From positions 57,288,001 to 57,352,000 of the forward strand of contig NC_043009.1 of assembly GCF_006345805.1 (NCBI RefSeq): 64,000 nucleotides of DNA, read 5' to 3'. Position numbers and translations under genes: made by a program. The notes beneath the pieces were generated by a model. It did not search any database. It was not told the origin of the DNA and saw nothing but the letters and a program-made list of their open reading frames with translations. This DNA is from Octopus sinensis (Eukaryota). How positions within the stretch are numbered: the stretch's first letter is position 1; the number at the start of each line of letters is the position of its first letter. Below are positions 50,831 through 64,000 of the stretch, piece after piece.

Positions 50831-51322
50831 TCATTCACACGAGATATAGAAGAACGATTGACTCTGCGACCCATCAAAGATTGGTGGTCCGAACTCGAGG
50901 TGAAAATATAACAACGGTAGATATTAATTACTGGTAAGAGACACGATATATATGCAGCTATAATATGCCATTAAATATATGAAAGACTAACTTGTGTTAG
51001 CCATGCTATTCAATCGCTTGTTAAGTTTATCTCTAGAGATATTCTATGTAAACAACGCGATCGAAGATAGAAGAATAAGTAATGGGTGTATATGCATATT
51101 TCAGGAATTGTTGCCCTTTCTTCAGCACCACATACAACCTATTAACCACCCACGGACATGTTGCTTAAATAGTCCCCAAATATAGCAGCATAACATAATT
51201 CGATATAACAATTTTACATGATTAACACAATCATGGCAACTAGTATGTACATGTTAATTGCTGGTAGGGACACGCTATTTCGTTATGCAACCATAATATA
51301 TTACCAAGTATGTTCAAAGGCT

Positions 51323-51571
51323 TGTGGAGGCGCGTGTCTTAGTGGTTAGGGCGTCAGCATCATGATCGTAAGATTGTGGTTTCGATTCCTGGACCGGGCG
51401 TTGCGTTGTATTCTTGAGCAAAACACTTCATTTCACGTTGCTACAGTCCACTCAGCTGGCGAAAATGAGTAACACTGCGATGGACTGGTGTCACGTCCAG
51501 CTAGGAAGCTCATATGTCATTGAAACCGGGAAACCGGGCCCATGAGCTTGGCTAGGCTTTAAAAGTGCGCA
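51323..51571 (+). mobile_element. SINE family B
   Basis: GTGGAGGCGCGTG head, GATGGACTGG..GTCCAGCT, GGGCCCATGAGC tail. Confidence 0.85.
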
Positions 51572-51811
51572 TTTATTATTATTTTATGTTAAAAGGCTTA
51601 TAAAGTCAATACTGTTTCTCCACCTTTGTTAACAATACTATCAATTAACTTTTTAAAGTTATATAACGTTTCTATAGAGCATCTGTAGAGATAACTTTAA
51701 AAACGAAGATGAATTGTCATCAGAACAAATGATCTTTCACGATGCGTGTCGCTAGATACGAGAGGTATTGCTTTATGCTGTGGTTTTCCTGAATAATGAT
51801 ACACGGAGAGA

Positions 51812-51870
<59 letters not shown>

Positions 51871-51898
51871 GAGAAAGATATATATATATGTATATCAA

Positions 51899-52064
51899 TA
51901 GGCGTAGGAGTGGCTGTGTGGTATGTAGCTTGCTTACCAACCACATGGTTGGTGGCACCTTGGGCAAGTGTCTTCTACTATAGCCTCGGGACGACCAAAG
52001 CCTTGTGAGTGGATTTGGTTGACAGAAACTGAAAGAAGCCCGTCGTATATATATATATATATAC

Positions 52065-52097
<33 letters not shown>

Positions 52098-52290
52098 TGT
52101 ATGTATGTGTGTCTGTATACGTTTGTGCGTCTGTGTTTGTCCCCCCCTCCAACATCGCTTGACAACCGATGTTGGTGTGTACGTCCCCATAACTTAGCGG
52201 TTCGGCAAAGAATAAGTCCTGGGGTGGATTGGCTCGACTAAAGGCGGTGCTCCAGCATGACCACAGTCAAATGATGGAAACAAGTAAAAG

Positions 52291-52292
<2 letters not shown>
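51899..52292 (+). mobile_element. SINE family A
   Basis: Head, (TATG)n and tail, with small deletions. Confidence 0.85.
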
Positions 52293-52339
<47 letters not shown>

Positions 52340-52429
52340 ATCACGTGACCGACCAGACCATCAAATGTTGTTACACATCGCTGGTCACAATGCGTTCGCA
52401 TTGTTTTAGCTTCGAATGACGCACACCCG

Positions 52430-52624
52430 CTGGCTAAGCGAGCAGGCCAAAGAAGAAAGAGTGGTGAAAGAGTACAGCAGGGATCACCACCCCCTGCCGG
52501 GAACCTCGTGGAGCTTTTAGGTGTTTCGCCTCAATAAACCCAACCAACGCCCGGTCTGGGAACCGAAAACCGCGATCCTGCGACCGCAAGTCCGCTGCCC
52601 TAACCACTAGGGCCATTGCGTCTC

Positions 52625-52627
<3 letters not shown>
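52430..52627 (-). mobile_element. SINE family D, 5' part
   Basis: Homologous to 15460-15640. Confidence 0.8.
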
Positions 52628-52660
<33 letters not shown>

Positions 52661-53089
52661 ATATATATATGTATATATAAGATATATATATATATATAAA
52701 TGTATATATATATATATAGATTATATATATATATATATAACATATATATATATATATATATATTATATTAAATAATCTATGTATTGGCTAAGTTTTTCAT
52801 TGTTGATTTGCCTAATAGTGGTTTGTCTCTAATTTAATATAATATAATATTTTACTATAAAATTGAATTCAATCCTAAATTTGATTTTTCCCTGTAAGTT
52901 TGGATTTATTCCCTAATATTTATTATATATATATTATATATATATATATAGTATGATATATATATATATATATTATATATATTATATATAATAATATAAT
53001 ATATATAATATATATATATAATAATATATATATATATGTAATAATATATATATAATATATATAGAGAGAGAGAGAGAGAGAGCAATCGA

Positions 53090-53315
53090 TTCTTATTTCT
53101 TTATTGCCCACAAGGGGCTAAACATAGAGGGGACAAACAAAGGTATTGAGTCGATTACATTGACCCCAGTGCGTAACTGGTACTTATTTAATCGACCCCG
53201 AAAGGATGAAAGGCAAAGTCGACCTCGGCGGAATTTGAACTCAGAACGTATAGCGGCAGTTGAAATACCGCTAAGCATTTCGCCCGGCGTGTTAACGATT
53301 CTGTAGCTCGCCGCC
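53090..53315 (-). mobile_element. SINE family C
   Basis: Family head, core and tail. Confidence 0.85.
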
Positions 53316-53399
53316 CTATCGATTCTGCCGCGAACAACGACACATAACGACTTATTCGTACATTCCAGAGACACTGTATAGAGTGTTTAAATCGCTAGA

Positions 53400-53582
53400 C
53401 AGGCTCCCCACACTCAACAAGTGGAAAGCGCTTGGGCCAGCCTCAAGCGACAAAGTAAACGGCACTGTGACACCCACTATTCCACAGTAGACTCGTATCT
53501 CTATGAGTTCATGAGGCACCGTAGGTACGAACAGTGTGACCTCCTCGAAAAACTCTTTGAGTGCATAGTGAAATTTCATTGA
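53400..53582 (+). mobile_element. Merlin/ISXO2-like transposase C-terminal fragment
   Basis: HTQQVESAWASLKRQSKRHCDTHYSTVDSYLYEFMRHRRY..LLEKLFECI*. Confidence 0.7.
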
Positions 53583-53929
53583 ATAATGTTATGGACGTAT
53601 CTGAGGAAACAGACAATCGCGACTTCCACTACGCCAGCAATGAACGCTTCCTTTTGGCTAAAATTGCCTAACATGAAAGGCAAGTAACTTTTTATAATTA
53701 ATTTGTAGAGAAAATAATGGCGATTTTGGCCTATCAGCATGCAAAACTACACCAGTGTAGGAAATTTGAGAAAATTTTAACGGTTGGTAAACAGTTAAAA
53801 AGATCCAAATTAAAAACTAGTAAAAGTGTAGAATCTGATATTTATAATAATTTTATAGTCAATGACTTCGAATTTCACTTTGAAGTCACAGACAACAAAA
53901 TCATATATATATGTATATATATGTATGTA

Positions 53930-54028
<99 letters not shown>

Positions 54029-54071
54029 ATATGTATATATATATGTATATGTATATGTATATATATTTATG

Positions 54072-54112
<41 letters not shown>

Positions 54113-54657
54113 GCAAGTAAAGAAATATATAATATATATATATATATATATGTTATGTATCTGTTATATATATATACACATACATGCATAATACATACAC
54201 ACACACACACACACACATATATATAAAGGGGTTTGTATGATTGTGTATAGAGGGATATATATTATTCAAAGGAATTCCAACTGTTTTTTATGTTTTATTT
54301 ATATTCTTTATAATAATATTAATGTAGAATATAGAATGTATAGTATAAATAATGTATATATAGTAACATGAAATGAAGTATTGATTGTCTTATTGAATAG
54401 ATGAAATATTGAATATCAAATATTAAGGGACTAGTATACTTTCTTGCATTTAGGCAGTCTTAAAGGTCCCAGGTTGTGACAGGAGTGTTTCAAATATATA
54501 TGTATATATATATATATGAATAAATGAAAGAATGGAGTCGAACGAAGATGTTAACAAAATTCCTTTACTCTCGACGTGAATTTGCTACCCAGGTTTCGGT
54601 TAAACGAATTTTCCATGCTGGCGATAAACATAGGATAATTCATTCACCTACTTAAAA

Positions 54658-54698
<41 letters not shown>

Positions 54699-54776
54699 TA
54701 TAGATATATTATATATATTATATATCTATATCATATATGTATAGAGAGAGAGAGAGAGGGAGAGAGAGAGAGAGAT

Positions 54777-55470
54777 TACTTGTTTCAGTCATTAGTCTGC
54801 GGCCATGCTGGGGTACAGCCTTGAAGAATATTACTCGAATGAATCGATCGCAGTAAATTTTTTTTCAAAGTTTGGTACTTCTTCTAGCAGACCCTTTTGC
54901 CGAACCCCTCGGTAAGAGGGGCAATAAGCACACCAATACCGGTTGTCAAGCGGTGGAGAGGGACAAACACAGATACAAACATCTCTCTCTCTCCTTCTCT
55001 ATCGATCAATAAATATATGTATGTATGAATGTATGTATATATACATAATATGTATATATATATATGCATATGTATATATAATGTTATATATATATATATA
55101 TATTTATATAATATATATATATATATATAATATATATATACATATATATATACATATATATATACATATATAATACATATATATATATAATATATATATA
55201 CATATTATATATACATATATACATACATACCTATATATATATATATATAATATATATATATATATATTATATATATATTATATTATATTAGATATATAAT
55301 ATATATATATATACATATATATATATACGACGGGTTTCTTTCAGCTTCCATCTGCCAAGACCACTGACAAGGCTTTGGTCGACCTGAGGCTATAAATATA
55401 ATTTGCCCGAGGTCCCACGCAGAGGGACCGAACCCGGGACCATGTGGCTGGGAAGCAAACTTCTTCACCA
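54777..55470 (-). mobile_element. SINE family A with expanded (about 300 bp) internal TA-rich array
   Basis: Tail at 54777-54830, head at about 55330-55470. Confidence 0.75.
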
Positions 55471-55479
55471 CCATCACAA

Positions 55480-55539
55480 CACTACAGCGTCCACCACACC
55501 ACCTTCACTACCTTCACCACCATGATCATGACCATCACT

Positions 55540-55575
<36 letters not shown>

Positions 55576-55790
55576 GCCACCACCTTCTCCATCGCAACCA
55601 CTATCACCATCAGCGTGACCATTACATCATGAGAACCTCCACCGCCAGTATCACAACTGCATTCATTAGTATCACCACCATCACCATCGCAGCCACCGCC
55701 ACCACCACGGCCGCCACCACCACCACCGCTACCACTACCACCACCACCGCTACCACTACCACCACCATCGGCACCACCACCGGCTGTACG
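55480..55790. repeat. (CAC/CAT)n trinucleotide low-complexity tract
   Basis: Direct inspection. Confidence 0.9.
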
Positions 55791-55929
55791 GTGGGCGGGT
55801 CTAAGTGTATTTGATCTGTGTATTGCCGTGAAAACGAGGCTGTGTCGTACTATAGTTCTGTTGGTACATATGTACCGGTGCTTGGTAAATGTAGTCGCTT
55901 CAGTATCACATGTATTTAAAAGTATATGC

Positions 55930-56004
<75 letters not shown>

Positions 56005-56076
56005 AACAAACATATGTATGCATGTTTACATATATATATGTACACACACGCACGCACATATATACATGTATAAATG

Positions 56077-56107
<31 letters not shown>

Positions 56108-56144
56108 ATTTATATATATATGTATATGCATATATTATGCACGC

Positions 56145-56183
<39 letters not shown>

Positions 56184-56623
56184 TGTTATATACACACATA
56201 TAGTGTGAGTTGTATATATATATATGTATGTATATACATATCAGATACATATATATATATATATATATGTGTGTGTATGTGTGTATGTATATATATGTGT
56301 ATATATATATATGTGTGTGTGTGTATGTATATATATAAGTGTATATATATATGTGTATATATATATTATATATCTGATATATATATATATATTTGTGTAT
56401 GTGTGTGTATGTATATATATGTATATATATATTATATATATCTGATATATACATATATATATACATACATACATACATACACATAGAGAGGCATAAAAGC
56501 ATATATAGAAACATATACACACACACACACATGTGTGTGTGTATCTCTTCACATGTGTATGTATGTGTGAACTTGTGTATTTCAGTGGGTTCTTGGTATA
56601 CACACACACACAAATGTGTGTAA

Positions 56624-56654
<31 letters not shown>

Positions 56655-56754
56655 CACTAACAACAAAAAATCTGTAAAACTGTCTCAAAAAATACTGGTT
56701 ATATAATAAATAGGTGTGTGGTGGAAATTATGTAATAAAAAAGTAAAAAAGCTC

Positions 56755-57015
56755 CCACAACAACAATTACAACAACAACAAGAATCCCAGCCGTGTCAAC
56801 AATTACAACAACAGCAGTGGCAACAACAACAACAACAACGACTATTAAACAACAACAAGAACAGCAGCAGAGGCGTGAAAACAACAACAACAACAAAAAC
56901 AATTGCTTACAGTTACAACAACAACAAGAACAACGGCAGCCTTGAAGGCAATTATTAAAAGACAACTTTGTAATTGATTGCAGTTACAACAAACACGTCT
57001 AATGGCCACCATGGC

Positions 57016-57047
<32 letters not shown>

Positions 57048-57390
57048 ATGTGATAGCAACTGAGGCAGAGGCAGTGGCTGGCTGTGACATTTAAAAAACA
57101 ACAACAACGACAACAAAAACGATAACAACAACAACAACAATAGCAACAGCAACAGCAGCAACGATAACTACAAGCAGTTACAAAAACAATGGCGGCGGCG
57201 GCAGAAAAATCACAGCAAAGTCCCCACAGCAAACATCAACAAACAAACAAAAACAAACGCAGCAGCAGCGGTCGCACTGATATTTACAACAACAACAACA
57301 ACAACAAGAACAACAACAAGAACAACAACAACAACAACAACAAGAGCCAATAATCACTGCAGTTACAACAACAACTCCCACAGCAATACA
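56755..57390. repeat. (CAA/CAG)n low-complexity tract
   Basis: Direct inspection; recurrent GCAGTTACAA motif. Confidence 0.9.
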
Positions 57391-57429
57391 ACGAGATAAG
57401 TTAATGTAAATATATATATATATTTATAC

Positions 57430-57461
<32 letters not shown>

Positions 57462-57640
57462 ATATATATATGTATATACACATATATACGCGCACACACA
57501 CAAATATGTATGTATTTATGTATGTTTATGTAATATGTAAAAGCATGTATTTGTCTGGGTATATGTACTTTTGACTGGCCGACATTTCCATGTATCAACT
57601 GGAGTGTTAAGCAGCACACACGGTCACACACACACACGCA

Positions 57641-57767
57641 CGCCCGTACACACACACGCCCGTACACACACACACACCGCCCGTATACACACACACGCCC
57701 GTATACACACACACGCCCGTATACACACACACGCCCGTACACACACACACGCCCGTATACACACACA
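57641..57767 (+). repeat. About 18-bp minisatellite x7 built on (CA)n
   Basis: Unit CGCCCGTATACACACACA. Confidence 0.9.
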
Positions 57768-58400
57768 TACACATACACACAAAGTTACACGTATCTACTT
57801 ATATAATATGAAACTACAACAACAACGACGACGCCAGTTGCAACAAAAACTGGTGACAAATTGTTAGCGGGGTACGTGCACTTTCTGAGCTGCACACAGC
57901 TTTCACTGTTGCATACGCAGTGTATAGTCGTAAATATACATATATACATATGCACACATGCAATTACATACAGACGTATATACGTGTTTATCTTATAGAT
58001 TTATATAATATATATATATGTGTGTGTATATATATTTCTACAGACATAGATTTAAGAAGCCATTATATGGAACTGTGAAACATTCCAGAACTTTTAGCCT
58101 GAAGTGTATACCCATATACGCACACAGATATGCATGTATGTACATATTATACGTATACGTGCGTGTGTACGTGTGTGTGTGTATCTGTGTGTGTGTGTGT
58201 GTGTGTATCTGTGTGTGTGTGTGTGTGTGTGTGTTTGAGAAGATACTGATTCCCACGCGCAATGGAATGAGAAAATGCAGAAATACACATGTATGATACA
58301 TACATGTGCAGATACATATTTAATGCATACTCATGCATTCACACATGCATACATGCATACATCCGTTCATCCATCCATACATCCATCCACACTCACACGC

Positions 58401-58431
<31 letters not shown>

Positions 58432-58447
58432 TGTATGTATGTATATA

Positions 58448-60078
58448 TTGGGTTGGCTAAAATGCCCGTTCGGTTTTTTGAGCAAAAAATAATACACAAG
58501 TTTTATACATAAAGCGATTTCTCCAATCAAAGATATCACCAGTTTGTTCCAGTACATTCTGCTATCTTCTGGACAGATCTGTTATTCCCCGCTCAAAGAA
58601 TTTCCAGTCTTTACCGGCGAAAGTCCCCTCAAGTGAATTTTTACATCCTCTTCAGATTTGAAGGCCTGTCCATTCAACGAATTTTGAAGAAACCGAAACA
58701 GATAGAGCTCTGAAAGTTCGACGTTGGGCGAATATGAAGAGTGCGGTAGAACCTTCCAGCCAAGCTCCAGTAAACTCTGTCGTGTCTGCAAAGAAATAAC
58801 CTTCGAAAGACTATGCCCTTACGATTAGCAAGTACTGGGCTCTTTTGGTGGACCGCTGCATTTAATATACCCACCTGGTTACAGTATAAATCGAAATTGG
58901 TGATTCTGTCAGTGGAAAGAAACTTGTAAAATACAATACACATCTAATCCTTTTTGGGTGAATTTCTGCTTTGGAGGATATTTGTGGCGGTTCACCGTGT
59001 CTTTCTCCTGATCGTTTGCACTTCTCATGGTTATAGATGATCTACTTTCCGTCCCCAGCAATCATTCTATGCAAAATGGCACCGTTTTCTTCACGTTTCT
59101 ACAACGAATCGCAGATCGAAAGCCGTTGGGAGAGGTTAGTTTCATTCAATTAATGTAGGATCATAAAATCAATCCTGCTACTGTACCCAAGTTGATGGTT
59201 TTCAACCTTCGATTTGGGTATTTGCAGAATATTTGCGATCATAAGGCGTCAAGCTGGCAGAAACGTTAGCACGCCGGGCGAAATGCTTTGCGGTATTTCG
59301 TCCGTATTTACGTTCTGAGTTCAAATTCCGCCGAGGTCAACTTTGCCTTTCATCCTTTCGGGATCGATAAATTAAGTACCAGTTACGCACTGGGGTCGAT
59401 GTAATCGACTTAATCCCTTTGTCTGTTCTTGTTTGTCCCGTCTATGTTTAGCCCCTTGTGGGCAATAAAGAAATAAGAAACGTTAGCACGTCGGGCGAAA
59501 TGCTTAGCAGTATTTCGTCTGTCTTTACGTTCTGAGTTCAAATTCCGCCGAGGTCGACTTGCCATTCATCCTTTTGGTGTCGATAAATTAAGTACCAGCT
59601 GCGTACTGGTGTCGATCTAATCAACTCCCCCCCCCAAAAAAAATTTCGGGCCTTGTGCCTAGAGTAGAAAAGAAAGAATATCTGCGATCATCCTGAACTT
59701 ATAACGGGGGTTGGTGTCACTGTTAATACCAGTTGGCCGGCCAGAACTAAGTGCATCTTGTACCGAAAAATTTCCTAATTGAAATCTAGAAAACCACTCC
59801 TGGCACACATTCCTTAATAGCATCCTCTACGTACACAGTGCACATCTTCCTGTAGCTTTCCACCACTTTCTTGCTATTTCTTTTTTTAAAAAAGGATGTG
59901 GTGTCGATAATATTTGTTTTGGTTCTCCATTTTCAGGATGATCCTAAATATTCAAAATACAATCTGTCTCATCGCATTTTCGCGTTGAATTGCGTCATCT
60001 ACAGTGTCAGTTAGCTACTTATTGGATTGCTTGAAGTTTGGTATCGACAAAACCCAAGGGATTTGTTGTCCAACCCAA
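58448..60078 (-). mobile_element. Near-full-length decayed mariner, interrupted by a SINE C dimer
   Basis: TA|TTGGGTTGG ... CCAACCCAA|TA; MENQNKYYRHHIL, GWKVLPHSSYSPNVELSELYLFRFLQNSLNG; many stops and frameshifts. Confidence 0.85.
59243..59674 (+). mobile_element. SINE family C dimer with 17-bp TSD
   Basis: Flanks agaatatttgcgatcat (59226-59242) and agaatatctgcgatcat (59675-59691). Confidence 0.9.
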
Positions 60079-60134
60079 TAAATATAAGCCTGAACATACA
60101 GACTTACACGCACAATGGTATGCGTATATGTACA

Positions 60135-60750
60135 TACATTCTTTTCTACACTAGGCACAAAGCCCGAAATTTTTGGGGAAAGGGCCAGTTGATTAGATCG
60201 ACCCCAGTACGCAACTGGTACTTAATTTATCGACCCCAAATGGATGAAAGTCGACCTCAGTGGAATTTGAACTCGAACATAAAGGCAGACGAAATACCAC
60301 TAAGCATTTCTTATTTCTTTACTGCCCAGAAGGGGCTACACACAGAGGAGACAAACAAGGACAGACAAACGGATTATGTCGATTATATCGACCCCCAGTG
60401 CGTAACTGGTATTTATTTAATCAACCCCGAAAGGATGAAGGTAAAGTCGACCTCGACGGAATTTGAACTCAGAACGTAGCGGCAGACGAAATACCGCTAA
60501 GCATTTCGCCCGGCGTGCTAACGTTTCTTATTTCTTTACTGCCCACAAAAGGCTACACACACAGAGGGGACAGACAGACAAGGACAGGCAAACGGATTAA
60601 GTCGATTACATTGACCTCAGTGCGCAACTGGTACTTAATTTATCGACCCCGAAAGGATGAAAGTCGAAGTCTAGCACGGCAGAATTTGAACTCAGAACGT
60701 AGTGGCAGACGAAATATCGCTGAGCATTTCATCCGGTGTTCTAACAATTC
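60135..60750 (-). mobile_element. SINE family C, trimer
   Basis: Three tandem units. Confidence 0.85.
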
Positions 60751-61494
60751 TGCCAGCTCGGCGCCTTAATATATGCACATAAATTCATACATGCATGCAT
60801 GCATGCATCCTTATACACCCCAGCATTTCACAGCCGGTGTTGGTTTGTTTATGTCCCCATAAACTAGCAGTTCGGCAAAAGAAATTGATAGAGTAAGTAA
60901 ATTAAACATTTCAATGTAGGGCCCCATGCATAGCCGCAGTCCGATGACTGACAATAGTAAAAAGCCAAATGATATACACTCTTGTGACCAGAGAACTGGC
61001 CTCAGCTACCGAGAGTCGCAGAACTATGAAGAGAAATTCCAGTAGACTTTTTATGACACAAGAACAGCACCAAATTATGGAAAATGTCTAGAGAAGAAAG
61101 ATAAAAAGCTACTTGGATGTAAAATATTCCAACTACTCGCATTTCGACGCAAAGCAGTTGCGCCCACAAGCTACATTCGCTGACGAGAAATCTTGCTCTA
61201 CCACCGTTCTTTCAATCAACAAGCCACTCGATAACGATTAATTCTCAAGTCGACAGAAAGTTTACTGATTTGATGTTATCCGTAATCGATCAAGTTGCTA
61301 AGAACAACCAAAACACATTGAAATCCCCAGCTTTCGGTCATTGAATGCCATACTGTAATGGTGTTGCAGTTACTATTCGCTAATATATATTAGTAACAGA
61401 GGTCGATGGAAATGATAAAAGCAGAACTAAAACGAACGTAACTGCGGGCACAATTGCTTTGCATTGATATGCGAGCAACTGGGATATTTTACAT

Positions 61495-61730
61495 ACCTCT
61501 TTCTTTACTGCCCACAAGGGGCTAAACACAGAATGGACAAACAAGGACAGATAAACGGATTAAATCGATTACATCGACTCCAGTACGTAACTGGTACTTA
61601 TTTAATCGACCCTGAAAGGATGAAAGGCAAAGTCGACCTCGGCGGAATTTGAACTCAGAATGTAACGGCAGACGAAATACGGCTACGCATTTCGCCCGGC
61701 GTGCTAACGGTTCTGCCAACTCGCCGCCTT
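61495..61730 (-). mobile_element. SINE family C directly downstream of the U6 copy
   Basis: Head AAGGCGGCGAGTTGGCAG begins 5 nt after the U6 TTTT. Confidence 0.9.
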
Positions 61731-61735
61731 ATTAG

Positions 61736-61784
61736 AAAATATGGAACGCTTCACGAATTTGCGTATCATCCTTGCGCAGGGGCC

Positions 61785-61817
<33 letters not shown>

Positions 61818-61841
61818 AATATGTACCGCCGTAGTTAGAAC
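61736..61841 (-). pseudogene. U6 snRNA retrocopy
   Basis: Minus strand CGGCGGTACATATTCTAAAATTGGAACGATACAGAGAAGATTAGCATGGCCCCTGCGCAAGGATGATACGCAAATTCGTGAAGCGTTCCATATTTT (61831-61736); ACAGAGA box and AGC triad intact. First 10 nt are diverged (GTTCTAACTA), the 5' stem-loop is broken, only 4 terminal T, no canonical TATA upstream. Confidence 0.9.
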
Positions 61842-62092
61842 ATTTTACATCCCAGCAGCTCTTTATTATTTTCATGTAACCGAATGGGGGATCTTTTCTA
61901 GACGTTTTGTTGAATTTGGTGCTGTTCTTGTGTCAGATCAAAAGTCCACTGAAAGTTTTCTTGATAATCCTGCGACACGCGATAGTTGAACCCAGTACTC
62001 TGGTCACCATGGTGTATATAGTTTAACTGTTACTAGTTTCAGTCATAAGACTGCAGCTATGCTCTCTCTCTCTCTCCCAAAGGAATTCTATT

Positions 62093-62310
62093 TTACTCTT
62101 TTATCTTTTACTTGTTTCAGTTATTTGACTGCAGCCATGCTGGAGCACCGCCTTTAGTCGAGCAAATCGACCCCAGGACTTATTCTTTGTAAGCCTAGTA
62201 CTTATTCTATCGATCTGTTTTGCCGAACTGCTAAGTTACGGGGAGGTAAACACACCAGCATTGGTTGTCAAGCGATGTTGGGGGACAAACACATACACAC
62301 AAACATATAC

Positions 62311-62400
<90 letters not shown>

Positions 62401-62568
62401 GTACGACGGGCTTCTTTCAGTTTCTGTCTACCAAATCCACCTCACAAGGCTTTGGTCAGCCCGAGGCTATAGTAGAAGACACGTGCCCAAGGTGCCACGC
62501 AGTGGGACTGAACCCGGAACCATGAGGTTCGTAAGTAAGCTACTTACCACACAGCCACTCCTACGCCT
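62093..62568 (-). mobile_element. SINE family A, full length
   Basis: Head, (CA)n(TA)n and tail. Confidence 0.9.
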
Positions 62569-63089
62569 ATATCGACAAACCAGAGATAAAACCTCGGACT
62601 ATTAGATCTGTCATCGGATGTCGCGTGAATAATGAACCAAGAACCGACTGCTGCAAGATTCAAGATCTACGACAAGTGTCGACCTCGACAACTGAGCTGT
62701 TTTGTTATTGTAAGACATTACAAAAACGTTGGACTATCAACTTGTAAACTTGCATTTAATCCCAAACTATTGGGTTGTTCGGAAAGTTTGTGCCGATTTT
62801 TATCCTGGGTCGATTTGCTCGACTAAAGGCTGTGCTCCAGCATGGCCGCAGTCAAATGACTGAAACAAGTAAAAAAAGAGTAAAAAAAAAAAGAGCATAT
62901 TTTATGTATTACAGAAGTATAACCAATTTATTGCACGGAAATTTTAACAACAAAATCTTATATGGTTTCCCAAACGGTCAGGTGGAGCCCAGGTTGAGAA
63001 TCACTGGTGAAAATGGCGCTCTCCGAGATAATCTGGACTCATTCTGAGAAAATGGAGAACCTGGAATCTACAGCACAACATAAACAGTA

Positions 63090-63715
63090 GAACTCAGAAA
63101 TCGCAAACCTCCGCCAAGGCAACACCAACGTCCTCTCAACGATTAGCCGGAGATGATTTTTAAAATGAGAATATCTGAAATTACCTCAACTGCTCTCACA
63201 AACGAGAATACTAAAAATGAACCCGACCGCTCTCAAAAATTAAGTAGAAAAACCGGAAAAATAATCCAGAATCCTTGTCCGGTACCAGATCAATCCAAAA
63301 TCTTATTTCTTTATTGCCCACAAGGGGCTAAACACAGAGAGGAAAACAAGGACAGAAAAACGGATTAAGTCGATTATATCGACCCCAGTGCGTAACTGAT
63401 ACTTAATTTGTCGATCCCAGTGCGTAACTGGTACTTAATTTATCGACCCCGAAAGGATGAAAGGCAAAGTTAACCTCGGTGGAATTTGAACTCAGAACGT
63501 TGCGGCAGACGAAATACCGCTAAGCATTTCGCCCGGCGTACTAACGTTTCCAGCTTCCAAAATCTAATCAGTTCGTGCCAGTCGCGAAGCCACACATCCC
63601 TGAAAGTTTCATCCGAATCCACCCAGCAGTTCTTGAGATATCTTGTCCACGGACAGACAAACAAACAAACACTGCTGGAAACAATACCTCTGCCTTCGCT
63701 AAGACGGAGGTAATA
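63090..63715 (-). mobile_element. HINE/Helentron-like element interrupted by SINE C (about 63304-63555)
   Basis: 5' hairpin ACCTCCGTCTTAGCGAAGGCAGAGGT, subterminal GGCGGAGGT, GTTT/GTCT microsatellite; SINE flanked by tccaaaatct at 63294-63303 and 63556-63565. Confidence 0.6.
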
Positions 63716-64000
63716 AACGGCACAACGGCGATGCAGTATAATCAAATGAACTGCGAAGTGAATGGTGTGAAAACGTCTCACCAAAAGCGTGACACCTCCA
63801 GTGAAATTCTCCTGACAGTTGTCAAACTACCAAATGGGGAATCACATGGGAATGATATGGTAATTATTGGCATATGAAACTCCCATTCTACTGGGAAGTT
63901 CCCATGAATGTATTCAAATAAACGATGGATTCTGATCTCGACCTGACAGATTGATTGACTCTTAAACAGACAACATACGTACTTAATAATTAAGAGATAC

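Noticed and set aside
52920-53060. Irregular single-base interruptions in (TA)n arrays (also 33.0, 39.8, 41.7, 54.0 kb) as a periodic code
   Set aside because: More simply explained by slippage or long-read indel error. For the same reason some TE frameshifts may be artefacts.
56716-57381. Poly-Q/N/T ORFs
   Set aside because: Trinucleotide low complexity with frame-independent openness; no splice sites or domain.

Overview
Repeat-dense animal genomic DNA. The SINE families and extreme microsatellite load suggest a coleoid cephalopod, probably Octopus (inference from recognition, no database search). The only host gene I can support is the 5' end of mitochondrial DnaJ/Tid1 (DNAJA3) on the minus strand. 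Coding exon 1 (10685-10475, presequence-like) splices in phase across an 8.9-kb intron to exon 2 (1536-1394, start of the J-domain); the rest of the gene lies left of the window. The other ~53 kb is a transposon graveyard. It holds several SINE families; RTE, CR1/L2-group, R4/Dong-like, Penelope and Gypsy retroelement fragments; and hAT, mariner, maT (DD37D), Tc1, Tigger, Tc2-like, Merlin, Helitron and HINE-like DNA elements, plus a 100-N gap. Highlights: a U6 snRNA copy fused to a SINE with one 9-bp direct repeat around both; a LINE whose 3' tail matches the tail of the dominant SINE with a re-paired stem-loop (candidate mobilising partner); a one-mismatch minimal hammerhead ribozyme; a 1-kb cluster of fold-back palindromes upstream of DNAJA3; and nested insertions with readable target-site duplications (TSDs). 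Most long ORFs in the supplied track are microsatellite translations. SINE boundaries are approximate (about +/-10 bp).
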